Assembly (NCBI RefSeq): GCF_004010195.1
Contig: NC_057719.1
Coordinates: 7,193,060-7,238,085 of the forward strand
Length of the DNA: 45,026 bases
Direction of reading: 5' to 3'
Source of the DNA: Chiloscyllium plagiosum
Taxonomy: Eukaryota
Shown: positions 1 through 10,515 of the stretch, in pieces
Position numbering within the stretch: the stretch's first letter is position 1
Layout: every line of letters starts with the position of its first letter
Notes under the pieces: model-generated
The model's input: only the letters and a program-made list of their open reading frames with translations
Database searches by the model: none
Told to the model about the DNA's origin: nothing
Position numbers and translations under genes: made by a program

Positions 1-157
1 TGAGGCGTTGGGGGCCGGGGAGACGGAAGTCTTGGAGGAGGTGGAGGGCGTGGGTGGTGTCTTGAACGTATGTGGGGAGTTCCTGGACTAGGGGGGATAG
101 GACAGTGTCGAGGTAGGTAGAGATGAGTTCAGTGGGGCAGGAGCATGCTGAGACAAT
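1..157 (-). mobile_element. Penelope-like element reverse transcriptase fragment (cut by the window start)
   Basis: Minus strand translates IVSACSCPTELISTYLDTVLSPLVQELPTYVQDTTHALHLLQDFRLPGPQRL, the PLE RT region that follows the RPIVS motif. Confidence 0.85.
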
Positions 158-618
158 TCCATGGTGTATACTCTCCCTGTATTGTTCTGTTCGTGTCCCT
201 AACCTACTGTAACCTCCAGTGAAAGGAATGTATGTTAATTTTAATTTTCATTTGTTTGTGGAATAAAGGCATCATTTGCATGTCAGAATTTACTGCCCAT
301 CCCTAAATATCATTGATGGGTGAAAGAGGGGCAATAGGATGGAGGGAGGAAGGAATGATGCTATCCTGCCAGCTAGAAGTGGCGATAGTGGTAAGTCATT
401 TTCTTGAGCTGCTGCAATGAAATTTAATCCAACAGACACTAATCCAAAAAAGAGGAATTGCAGACTTTTGCATTTCCACAATGAAGGCAAACCAAATTCA
501 GAGCTTTTCATTTGATTGTAATTATTTATTTGAAAGCTAAAGACTTCTAATAAAAGTACAACCTGTCGTGTTTGATAAGATAGATGGATAGATCCTAATT
601 GGGTAGTGGTGATAGGGT

Positions 619-898
619 AAAACAAGGACTGCAGATGCTGGAAACCAGAGTCTAGATTAGAGTGGTGCTGGAAAGGCACAGCAGGTCAGGCAGCATCCGA
701 GGAGCAGGAAAATCAACGTTTCGGGCAAAAGCCCTTCATCAGGAATAGAGGCAGGGTATCTGCATAGTGGAGAGGTTCTCCACTATGTAGATACCCTGCT
801 TCTATTCCTGATGAAGGGCTTTTGCCCGAAACGTTGATTTTCCTGCTCCTCAGATGCTGCCTGACCTGCTGTGCTTTTCCAGCACCACTCTAATCTAG
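619..898. mobile_element. Non-autonomous Penelope-derived palindromic element (family 1 pLTRs, inverted)
   Basis: 652-773 is the reverse complement of 777-898 with 4 mismatches. The left arm has an extra ~33-nt tail (619-651). Flanks TAGTGGTGATAGGG (604-617) and TAGTGGTGATTGGG (896-909) look like a 14-bp TSD. Confidence 0.9.
808..835 (+). ncRNA. Minimal hammerhead-ribozyme-like motif in PLE pLTR (mirror copy on - strand at 715-742)
   Basis: CTGATGA-A-GGGC TTTT GCCC-GAAA-CGTT: core box, 4-bp stem II with tetraloop, GAAA box, palindromic ACGT and a GTT triplet. Confidence 0.7.
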
Positions 899-1102
899 TG
901 GTGATTGGGGGCTACTATTAGTCTCTGTATTGCTGACGAGGGAGAATGTTTGCTAAAATTCATCTTCTGAATGGTGACTCAATGAGTATGCAAAAGATAT
1001 ACTAGTGATTATGTAACTCCTATTTCCAGGGTGTCCTGAAACATTTTATGCTCAACTTTACAAGATGTTGCTTCAAAGAAGTTGCAAAATTAAGGACAAT
1101 GT

Positions 1103-1630
1103 AATATTGTGCACGGTTTTGGTCATCATGTTTTAGGAAAGACATAGTTAAACTGGAAAGAGTGCAGAGAAGATTTACGAGATGTTGGCAGGGCAAGTAG
1201 GCCTGAATTATAGGGAAGAGTTGGCAGGGATAGGACTTTATTCCTTGGAACTTAGGAGAATGAGGGGTGAGCTTATCGAGGTTTATAAAATCATGAGGGA
1301 CACAGATAGAATGAATGCATATAGTCTTTTTCTCAGGGATGGGAAATTGAAAGCTAGAGGGTGTAGGTTTAAGGTGAGGGGGAAAGATTTAAGAAGGACC
1401 TGAGAGGCAACTACTTCACGCAGAAGGTGATACATATATGGAATGGGCTGCCTGAGAAAGTGGTTGAGGCAAGTGCAATAGTAACATGTATAAAACATTT
1501 GGGTAGGTATATGGATGGGAAGGGTTTAGCAGGATATGCAGGCAGTTGGAAGTAGCTGAGTGGGCACTATGGTCCGCATGGACCAGTTTGGGCCGAAGGA
1601 CCTGTTTCCATGTTGTATTACTCTGACTAT
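1103..1630 (+). mobile_element. CR1 LINE, 5'-truncated (RT C-terminus plus 3' UTR)
   Basis: KDIVKLERVQRRFT...GLYSLELRRMRGELIEVYKIMR motif, followed by the 3' UTR GGGCCGAAGGACCTGTTTCCATG shared with other copies. Confidence 0.9.
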
Positions 1631-2282
1631 CAGGTGGCAACCTGTTGCAGCCTCTATCCTGCTAGACAATTAACAATTCAAGTCAGGCCCCTTAATGTTC
1701 CTGATTAAGGGTGTATGCAGGAAATAATCCATAGGACTGAGATGCTATTACCCTCCAGGTGTGATCATCATTTAAATATTGGCCTTCTAAAACTGGTAAT
1801 TTATTTTCACACGCCAGTCCCACCATCAAATGAAGAATTTTTACCCAAGGCCTATATTAAAGATACCAAAGGATATGGAGGTGATGCAGGAAAATAACAT
1901 TGAGTTTAATAATCTGTCTCAATCTTGTTCAATGGAGGAGTGGCCCAAGGAACCTAACAGCCGACTTCTGTTCCTGTTTCCTACATTGCTGTTTGTTCAT
2001 TTGCTCATGAAAAGAAATTAGAAGCTCTTTTTGTTAACTTCACAAACTAATTTACTCAATTATTTTATGACGTTTGTAACTGTTTCTGTTCAGAGTTGGT
2101 ATACTTCACCAAATCTGTTCAATGACTTTGTAATTAGAAATGCCTGTAGTCAGTGTGTTATTAAAATCTTATTGGTGAATAGGTTTTCATTTTTGTTTTG
2201 AGGAAAAGGAATTTTTATCAAAGACATTTAAAAGCTTCTTTACCTCAGTGTACAAAATTGTTACGTGTGCAAACCTTCACAG

Positions 2283-2450
2283 TTTTCCCTGCCTGGGGGT
2301 TCAAAGATCAGGGATAAAATGTCAAAGTAAAGGGCACTTTGGACTGTGATGAGGAATTTCTTTACTTGAAGAATAGTGAATCATTAGAATTCTCTACCTG
2401 AGAGAGCTATGGATCTCAGTCAGAGTACATTCAATACAAATATTCCCTCC
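2283..2450 (+). mobile_element. Decayed CR1 LINE fragment
   Basis: GGACTGTGATGAGGAATTTCTTTACT...AATTCTCTACC resembles the RT C-terminal (R.NFFT...WNSLP) region of other copies. Confidence 0.5.
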
Positions 2451-3423
2451 ACTGTTTTTAGCATTCTGGCGATCATTTATTGTTTGGGATTGCTTCCATA
2501 ACCAAAACCTTTGATTTTCATGTGTACATCTGTGTTTGACTTCAACCTCCAGGACTGGTGTCAATGAAATACCGTTTATATTACTATCAGAGGTGATACC
2601 CACCTGATGAGCAACAATGATGGGGAGAAAAGTACTCTGCTATAAGTCGCTTCTGTGTTATGAGACTAGAATTCACCTTTGTTCCCTGGACTGTTGTTGA
2701 AGTGAGATTTGAATTCATGACCACTTGACTTAGAAATGGAAATGCTAATACTGTGGTAAGGTTAGTCTCCTTGTGACATTCTGTCTTGATCAGGAAGACA
2801 GAAGATACTTAAGAGTGCTTCAGTTTAGAGAATCAACATAAACATTTTTTAAAATCTTCATCTTTTAACACAAAACCCCAAGTCCCATTTCAATTATTTC
2901 CTTTCTCATTGTCTTCATACAACATATTATTTTGCCAATCTATTCTTAACTGCTTCAAAAAGGGCACACTCAAATTTTGTCTTTTAATGTAATGTTGGAA
3001 CTTCGGTAAAACGTTAACAAACTTTTTTTATTTGAATCAATTGATTGTACCAAGTGTTTATACAGCTAACAGAGCAGACAATCAGGTGATAAGGCTGGTG
3101 TGAGTTATTTTACTATCCGATCAATTAAAATCAGAGCTGGGAAAGAAGATTGTTTCTAATGAAAAATGTCTGCAAGTTGTGCCACTTTCTGATCTTGAGT
3201 AAATCTTGCTAGAAGATTCCTAGTTAAATGATCAAACTGCTTTTCTAATAGACTTGGTGCTGCTTTGCTGTTGATTGTAGCCAGTCTGTACTATTATGGG
3301 CAACATTTTTCCATGCTTCTAAATCCCACCTCTCTTCCACATTGGACTCCTCCAATTAATTCATGGATTGAAGCATAATCTTGATTGTTTGGGTGATAAG
3401 GTTTGACAGTATTTCTTGTCGGT

Positions 3424-3639
3424 AACAAAGCAGACATTGCTGGAAAAACTCAACCGGTCTGGCAGCATCTGTGGAGAGAAATCACAGTTAACGCTTTGGG
3501 TCGAGGGACCCTTCCTTAGAACACGACCTAAAACATTAACTCTGATTTCTAGCCACAGATGCTGCCAGACCTGCTGAGCTTTACCGTGAATTTCTGTTTT
3601 TATTTCTGATTTACAGCATCCGTGGTTCTTTTGGTTTTT
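3424..3639. mobile_element. Penelope-derived inverted-repeat element (family 2)
   Basis: GGTCTGGCAGCATCTGTGG..AGAAATCACAGTTAA is mirrored by TTAACTCTGATTTCT..CCACAGATGCTGCCAGACC. The minus strand has a degenerate core CTAAGGA-AGGGTC CCTC GACCC-AAAG. The right arm carries the tail extension. Confidence 0.8.
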
Positions 3640-4920
3640 CTTGTTCGTAAATCTGCAGTGGGGCAAAAAATGAACTTTTCTTTTTACTGTAATAATGTAA
3701 GAAACGGAATAATTTGGTGTGAAGCAGAATCTGATATCAATGCTTATATTTTGTTGCCCCATTAACACCCAAGGAAGATCTCTTGACAAAGAAATTGGCT
3801 TTGGCCATCAAACTTGGACAAGAGCTTGAAATAAGGTTAGACTGTTGAAACAAAGTTTAAACCAATTTAATGAACTGATTTTTTTTTACTTAAATGGTTT
3901 ATTGATACTGGGTATAAGATCAGTTAATTATGGAACCACGAATTGCAGTAACTATGATTGGTGAACTGGTAGCAGATTGAATGCAGATGCTGTGTTGGTT
4001 TTTGCTTGAGTGGCTATAATGACAGCCTGAAGGCAACATCTAAAAACCTCCTGTGGTTTGTTTTCCTCCACCATTTTGTGGAAATCAATTATATCTTAAT
4101 AGTTTGTAGACTATCAGCAGCATTTTTTTACTAAAGGAGTGCACAAGTTTTTTTTCTGAAAAAACTCTGTACACTTCGATCCATTACTGCATCAACTTGG
4201 GGTTGATTTACAACAGCTGGATTCATGTTCTTCAGTGAGAACAATAGAGCAACACAATTGCTTTAATCAGTAAATGTGCATTGCAAATGAATTTGTTTAA
4301 ATAGCTTAGTTCCAACTTGTGTACTTTGTATGAAGCTGAAGCTGCCAATTGCATAAAGAAGGTGGGGAGATCTTGATAATTACTTAAAACACCCTGTTAC
4401 TGTGGCAATAGTTTAATATCTCAACCACCTGTAGGGCAAGTCTGTTAAATAGCAGGCAAGCTGGATGGCACATTTCTGTATTCAATGTTTCTGTGACTTG
4501 AAACAACTTGGTTGTAGACTAATGAATGGAACTAACTGAGAGATTCGGGTTTGTATTTTCAGCAGGCACATATCCTTATGCTTAGTGTTCCAGTTATTGC
4601 ATTGAACTGCTGTTATGTTGGCTACATGGATAAGTTTATGGTGGAAATGATTATCTGCAGTGGACATGGCCAGCATCAAAGATCAATGCAGAGATCAATG
4701 GAGCATTTTTGCCCCTTTATTAACATGTCTTCAAGGCACTAATCAATTACTACTGTCAAAAGTTCTTCCTTGCATGTTAATGAATCTCAAAGTTAAAAGA
4801 CCCCTCTAAATAAATATTAACATCAGATTCTGTGTGTCTCCAAGTTTTTAAGTATCTCGACATTTTGTACAAATCTTAAAAGCACAAAATATTTTCCTTT
4901 CACTCATTGTTTCATTGCAG

Positions 4921-5700
4921 TTAGAGTCTTAGATGTAGAGGTCAAAAACAGGCACCACCTATTCTAATCATGTTTCCCACCATAAACTTGCATGTCTTGA
5001 CTTTGCAAGTGTACAACTAATACTTCCTCAATGTTGAGAGTTCCATATTCCCATCACACTCTGGGTTAAAAAACTTTTCCTCACATCCCCTCTAAACCTC
5101 CTGCCTTTTACCTTATATCTATATCCCTGGTCATTAGTCCCTGCTCTAAGGGGAAAGGATTTTCCTATCTACTCTGCCTATGAAGCTCATAATTTTATAC
5201 AACTTAATCTTGGCCACTTCAGTCTCCTCTGCCTCACGGAAATCAACCTCCGTCTAACCCAGCTCTCTTTGTAACTAAAACTCTCAGCCCGGGCTAATTA
5301 CCTCTTTATCTAGTGCTATTACATCCCTCATATAATATGGATTCCAGAGCTTCACCCAACATTTTAACTGTAGTGTAACCAACTTGTTCATACAATTCCA
5401 GCCTAACCTCCCTGCTCATCAACACTATACCTCAGCTCACAAAAAGCAGCTGTTTCATATTCCTTAACCATTTTACCTTCCTGTCCAACCTGAAGAGATC
5501 AGTGGACATGGACACCATGGGCCCTCTGTTCCATGGTGTTTCTCAGGATCCTATTGTTGATCATGTGTTACCGTGCCTTGTTTGTCTTGCTCTCATGCAT
5601 CGCTTCATGTTGCATTCAATTTGCCACTGACCAACCTGTCTGCATCCTTTTGTAATCTAAGGCTATCCACCTCTGTTTACCACCCCAACAATTTTCATAT
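4921..5700 (-). mobile_element. Old decayed CR1 LINE
   Basis: CACACTCTGGGTTAAAAAACTTTTCCTCACATC and CTCATAATTTTATAC are reverse complements of CR1 RT C-terminal motifs; many indels. Confidence 0.7.
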
Positions 5701-5859
5701 ATTAGTTGTGAATTGATTCCAGTTTCCCTAGGATAGATTCTTACCAACTGCACTGAAACTGGCCACTCTCCTTTTTGTGTTTTTACTCTAGATTGCTCCT
5801 TGTTCTTTATCCCATGGCAAACCCAATCGTTTGATAGTACAGATTCCCAGCCAGTGATA

Positions 5860-6040
5860 TTTCCACTAACCACCATTTCCTTGTGGATAAACTGTGCTCC
5901 CTTGTTATTGACAAAGTTAGCATAGTAACAATTACCGACACAAGCTTTCAACTCAGATTTATTTATTGAACCTTTTCAATTCCACAAGCTGCCATAGTGA
6001 GATGTGAACCCATGCCATCTGAAGTATTAACCCAGGTCTC
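5860..6040 (-). mobile_element. Decayed tRNA-derived SINE (family B)
   Basis: TTCAATTCCACAAGCTGCCATAGTGAGATGTGAACCCATG...ATTAACCCAGGTCTC is the reverse complement of the SINE head at 20904-20990. Confidence 0.5.
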
Positions 6041-6612
6041 CATATTATCCCTACAAACCCAATTTCCCGCAGAAATCCTGCACTGACATTTGATCCACTT
6101 TATGCAACTCGTTCTCCAGAACCAAATCCATCAATGCATCCTGTTAAGCAAGGGTTTGAAAAGTTATCTGGGATAGGCAGGAATTGAGATTTGAGGTTAC
6201 AGTCAGAATCAGCCAAACTTTTCTTGAATGGTGAAGTAAACCCAAGAGGATGAATGATTCATGTGTTTGGATGTTGGGCTGTAACATACCTAATGAAGAA
6301 AATTTTCCCTCTTCACTTTGTATGCTTGCTATCCTAGTCTGTTATGACATTTTAAGACTCCAGTATAACAATGTATTCATTCTTGCAGCGCTCTAATTTC
6401 CTTGCAAAATTGCTCCTAAATGTTTCCCACTCCATGCCTTATGGAGCATGTCCATTAGTCTAATGGTATCTTTCATGGTTTTTTTGACTGAAATGCATGA
6501 AGTTTTTAGGCTTAATTCCTCCAGGACAACATCTGTTAAACATTGCAATACTCTTCTTGATCAACACAGCTATTCCTCCCTTATATTTCCTGAAAGCAAT
6601 GTATCTAGGGGT

Positions 6613-6789
6613 AAAACAAAAACAGAAATTGCTGGAAAAGCCTAGCAGGTCTGGCAATATCTGTGAAGAAAAATCAGAGTTAATGCTTAAGGTCCAGTGA
6701 CCCTTCCTCAGAACTGATGGTAGCTAGAAAAATGTTGGTTTCTGAGGAAGGGTCACCGAACCTGAAACATTAACTCTGATTTTTCTTCA
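6613..6789. mobile_element. Penelope-derived inverted-repeat element (family 2)
   Basis: Arms 6664-6713 and 6740-6789 are inverted around a 26-nt spacer. The + arm contains CTGAGGA (6742-6748)-AGGGTC ACCG AACCT-GAAA (6764-6767). Confidence 0.8.
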
Positions 6790-6794
6790 TTTGT

Positions 6795-7434
6795 TGTTTC
6801 TACCATGTACAGCTGATACAATAAAAATGAGACAGTGTTCCTTCCTCCAGGACCAAGGTGCTATATGAACAAACACACACTACATGAGAGTACAGGAGAA
6901 AATGAGGACTGCAGATGCTGGAGATCCGAGTCGAGAGTGTGGTGCTGGAAAAGCACAGCAGGTCAGGCAGCATCTGAGGAGCAGGAGAATCGATGTTATG
7001 GGCAAAAGCCCTTTATCAGGGCTTTTCCAGCATAAAGTATACAGAGAAGTGCAAAACATGCAATATAGCGCAGTAATTCCTGACAAGACAAGACAATAGG
7101 CACAGTGGTGGACAAATTACAATGTAACAATGAATGATCATTAATAAAACATTGTTTTAGCAGCAATTCAAAAAGTCATCCAAAAATTGCAAATGGAATA
7201 GGGTGTTATCATACAGTGTTAAGGAGCCTGATGGCTTGGGAGAAGAAACTATTGCAGTCTGATTGTGAGAGATCAAGTGCTTCGGTAACTTCTGCCAGAT
7301 GGCAGGAGGGAGAAGAATTTGAATGAAGGATGTGTAGGGTCATCCGCAATGCTGTTGGCCTTGTGGAGGCAGCATGTGGTGTAACTGTCTGTAATGGAGG
7401 GAAGAGAGACCCCAATGATCATCTTAGCTGCTGT
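6795..7434 (-). mobile_element. Rex1/Babar-clade LINE 3' part
   Basis: AAKMIIGVSLPSITDSYTTCCLHKANSIADDPTHPSFKFFSLLPSGRSYRS...CNSFFSQAIRLLN is a typical Rex1 ORF C-terminus. Confidence 0.85.
6896..7032 (-). mobile_element. Penelope family 1 pLTR with tail and a 12-nt inverted stub, inside the Rex1 3' UTR
   Basis: Homologous to 619-742. Ends CCCTTTATCAGG, then GCTTTTCCAGCA, which is the inverse of the internal TGCTGGAAAAGC. Confidence 0.85.
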
Positions 7435-8076
7435 CAGAGCACCACAGCTATCCCAAAGCCCTGAGGGCAGTTTCACAACCCAGCAATACCATAGCCACAC
7501 AAAGAACAGGTCAGACAGAGAGGCCACCAGCAAGAGCACTATTCCCAGAACAGGACAATGGAAGCACCTCACCGCTTCAGGGAAGACATTAGTACCTACC
7601 TGGCAGCACCCGCCCCATAACCCTCCAAACCTTCCTATTCATCTCCCCATCCAGATGTCTTTTAAATGTTACAATTGTACTAGTCTCCACCACTTCCTCT
7701 GGCAGCTCATTCCATACAGGCACCACCCTCTGCGTGGAAAAGTTGCCCGTTAGGTCTCTTTTTTTATATCTTGCCCCTCTCACCTTAAACATATGCCCCC
7801 TAGTTCTGAAATCCTCCACCCCAGGGAAGAGACTTTGTCTATTTATCTTATCCATGCCCCTCATGATTTAAAAAACCTCCTATAATGTTACCCCTCAGCC
7901 TCCGACGCTCCAGGGAAAACAGTCCCAGACTATTCAACTCCTCCCTACAGCGCAAATCCTCAAACCCTGGCAACATCCTTGTAACTCTCTTCTGAACCTT
8001 TTCAAGTTTCACAACATCTTTCCGATAGAAAGGAGACCAGAATTGCATGCAATATTCCAAAAATGTACAGTAATTT
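7435..8076. repeat. Composite local duplication: inverted copy of 8657-8816 fused to a direct copy of 9043-9518
   Basis: Direct sequence comparison. It shares private variants with the 9043-9518 CR1 copy that are absent from the 27.4-27.9 kb copy, and it interrupts the Rex1 ORF. Confidence 0.85.
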
Positions 8077-8250
8077 TTGTAGGTTTTATAGTCCAAGACC
8101 GTGCAATTCCTGAACTAGGCAGTGCTGCAGCTACTCTTGGTACTCTCAACGAACATTCTGTAGAATGTGATAAGAATGGGGGATGAAAGATGGGCTTTCC
8201 TCAACCGATGCAGAAAGTAGAGATGTTGCTGGGCTTTCTTGACTATGGAA
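8063..8250 (-). mobile_element. Rex1/Babar LINE, upstream part of the element at 6795-7434
   Basis: Minus strand reads SIVKKAQQHLYFLHRLRKAHLSSPILITFYRMFVES...*FRNCTVLDYKT. Confidence 0.85.
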
Positions 8251-8262
8251 CTAAAGTACTCA

Positions 8263-9508
8263 GGTCATAGAGATGTACAGCACAGAAACAGACTGTCGGA
8301 GAAATTAGCCCAATAAAGCAGAGACCACATAAACCAGATCAGGTGAAATTGACAAGCTGTTTATTACAAGCTATATGGCTGGAAGAGAAATTGACTAGGC
8401 TGACACAGCACTGATAGTCTGTGCAGGTAGATCAGAATTGCTCTTCCTCGAGCTGAGGAAGAAGCCAGTTTTTATTATAATCCTGAACAATGAGGCTAAT
8501 TAGAAATGGGGAAAATACAATGTATCTGGAAATGGAGTAATCTAGTTACAATGATGCTAATCAGAAAACAGTTATCAGAGGATGTCCTAATTCTCTACAC
8601 AAAGCAACATCCTGACAGTATTGATGGGTTCAGAGCTTCCATTCCTCTTCGCAGGGAGGTACTAATGTCTTCCCTGAAGTGGTGAGGTGTTTCCATTGTC
8701 CTGTTCTGGGAATAGTGCTCTTGCTGGTGCCTCTGTCTGACCTGTTCTTTGTGTAGCTTTGATATTGCTGGGCTGTGAAACTGGCCTCGGGGCTTTAGGA
8801 TAGCTGTGGTGCTCTGTCATTGTTAGTGGGAGCTTGAAGAGTTTTCCCTTGTCTGCGAGTGCTGTCTAGTTTTGCTCGTCAACATGCTTGGTCCCTGCTG
8901 AGGCATTCTGGATGTTTTTGCTATAGTTTGGCCAATTTTGCTTTTGTGGGCCTATTATAGGCTGGCAGGGTGGCACATCGTTTCCCACACAGACCCTTAG
9001 GTCCAACTCATCCATGCCAACCAGATATCCCAACCTCATCCCACCTGCCAGCACCCGCCCCATAGCCCTCCAAACCTTCCTATTCATCTACCCATCCACA
9101 TGCCTTTTAAATGTTACAATTGTACCAGCCTCCACCACCTCCTCTGGCAGCTCATTCCATACAGGCACCACCCTCTGCATGGAAAAGTTGCCCGTTAAGT
9201 CTCTTTTTTTAATATCTTGCCCCCTCACCCTAAACATATGCCCCCTAGTTCTGAAATCCTCCACCCCCAGGGAAGAGACTTTGTCTATTTATCTTATCCA
9301 TGCACCTCATTTTAAGAATCTGTATAAGGTTACTCCTCAACCTCCGACACTCCAGGGAAAACAGCCCCAGCCTATTCAACCTCTCCCTACAGCGCAAATC
9401 CTCCAACCCTGGCAACGTCCTTGTAACTCTTTTCTGAACCCTTTCAAGTTTCACAACATCTTACCGATAGGAAGGATACCAGAATTGCATGCAATATTCC
9501 AAAAGTGG
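8263..9508 (-). mobile_element. CR1 LINE 3' fragment, split by a solo LTR
   Basis: 8263-8293 (GTCATAGAGATGTACAGCACAGAAACAGAC) joins 8995 onward (CCTTAGGTCCAACTC), matching the uninterrupted copy at 27358. RT motif KLERVQKRVTRTLPGL. Confidence 0.9.
8294..8989 (-). mobile_element. Solo LTR (696 bp) of an LTR retroelement or ERV
   Basis: TG...CA termini with imperfect inverted ends TGTCGGAGAAA / TTTCCCACA; exact 5-bp TSD CAGAC (8289-8293, 8990-8994); on the minus strand a TATA-like TATAATAAAA near 8475 and AATAAA near 8360. Confidence 0.8.
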
Positions 9509-9518
9509 ACAGTAATTT

Positions 9519-10515
9519 CTAAATGTGTGAGATTGGAAAGTGTCCTTGTTCCTAGCAAACTGAAAACTAGCATGCAGATGCAGCAAGCAACCCAGAAAGG
9601 AGATGGTATAATCGCCTTATCACAGGAGGATTTGAGTACGGGAGCAAAGAAATCCTACTTCAACTTCGAGAATACTGGAGATTGCACTTTGAGTATTGTG
9701 TAAAGTACTGGTCCCCTTGCTGAAGGAAGGGTGTACTTGCCGTAGAACAAATTCAGTGGAAGCTCACCAGAGTTTTTAGATTAGTTTCCCTACAGTGTGG
9801 AAACAGGCCGTTTGGCCCAACTAGTCCACACCGACCCTCCGAAGAGTGACCCACCCAGATCCGTTTCCCCTCTGACTAATGCACCTAACACTATGGGCAA
9901 TTAGCATGGCCAATTCACCTGGCCTGCACATCTTTGGATTGTGGGAGGAAACCAGAGCACCCAGAGGAAACCGATGCAGACATGGGGAGAATGTGCAAAC
10001 TCCACACAGACAGTCACCCAAGGCTGGAGTCGAACCCGGGACCCTGGTGCTGTGAGGCAGCAGTGCTAACCACTGAGCCACTGTGCTGCCCTTCATAGAA
10101 TGGTGGAACTGTCCTATGAGAAGAGATTTAGGGGAGTGAACCTGTATTTTCTAGAATTAAAAGAATGAGAGTTGATTTCATATAAACTTGAAAAATTCTT
10201 AAAAGATAACCAAAAGTAGATGCAGAAAGAATGGTTCCCTGGATGTGAGTATTAGAACCAGGAGCACTGACTCCAAATAAAAGGCAAGTCATTAAGGACT
10301 GTGATGAGGAAAAACTACTTCAGTCAGAGATGTGAAGTTTTGCAATTTGGCACTCCCTGGTACTGTGGTAATTCAGATCATTGATAGGTTTCTAGTTTGC
10401 AATCACATCAAGGGGAATGTGGAGAACAGGGAATGTGGCATTGAGATAGTTGATCAGCTATGATATATAATGGAGGAGCATGCTCATGGAACTGAACAGC
10501 CTGTTCCTCCCATGT
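9519..10515 (+). mobile_element. Old CR1 LINE, split by the HE1-type SINE
   Basis: GAGTATTGTGTAAAGTACTGGTCCCC and AGGACTGTGATGAGGAAAAACTACTTCAGTCAGAG motifs plus a 3' UTR ending CAGCCTGTTCCT. Confidence 0.75.
9773..10091 (-). mobile_element. HE1-type V-SINE (tRNA head, V domain, CR1/HER1-like tail)
   Basis: Minus strand: GGGCAGCACAGTGGCTCAGTGGTTAGCAC (A box), GGGTTCGACTCC (B box), V domain GTGTGGAGTTTGCACATTCTCCCC...GGTTTCCTCCCAC, and a tail GGCCTGTTTCCACACTGTAG shared with CR1 3' ends. Confidence 0.9.

Noticed and set aside
290..679. 129-aa minus-strand ORF
   Set aside because: It starts inside a PLE pLTR at a non-ATG codon and has no recognisable domain or exon signal.
2603..2635. CTGATGA...GAAA spacing resembling a hammerhead core
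   Set aside because: There is no stem II between the boxes and no PLE context, so it is likely chance.
9014..9703. 229-aa ORF, the longest in the track
   Set aside because: It is an antisense reading of a CR1 that runs into another decayed CR1, not a gene.
10020..10091. tRNA-like sequence with A and B boxes
   Set aside because: It is the head of a V-SINE, continuous with the V domain and LINE tail, not a tRNA gene.
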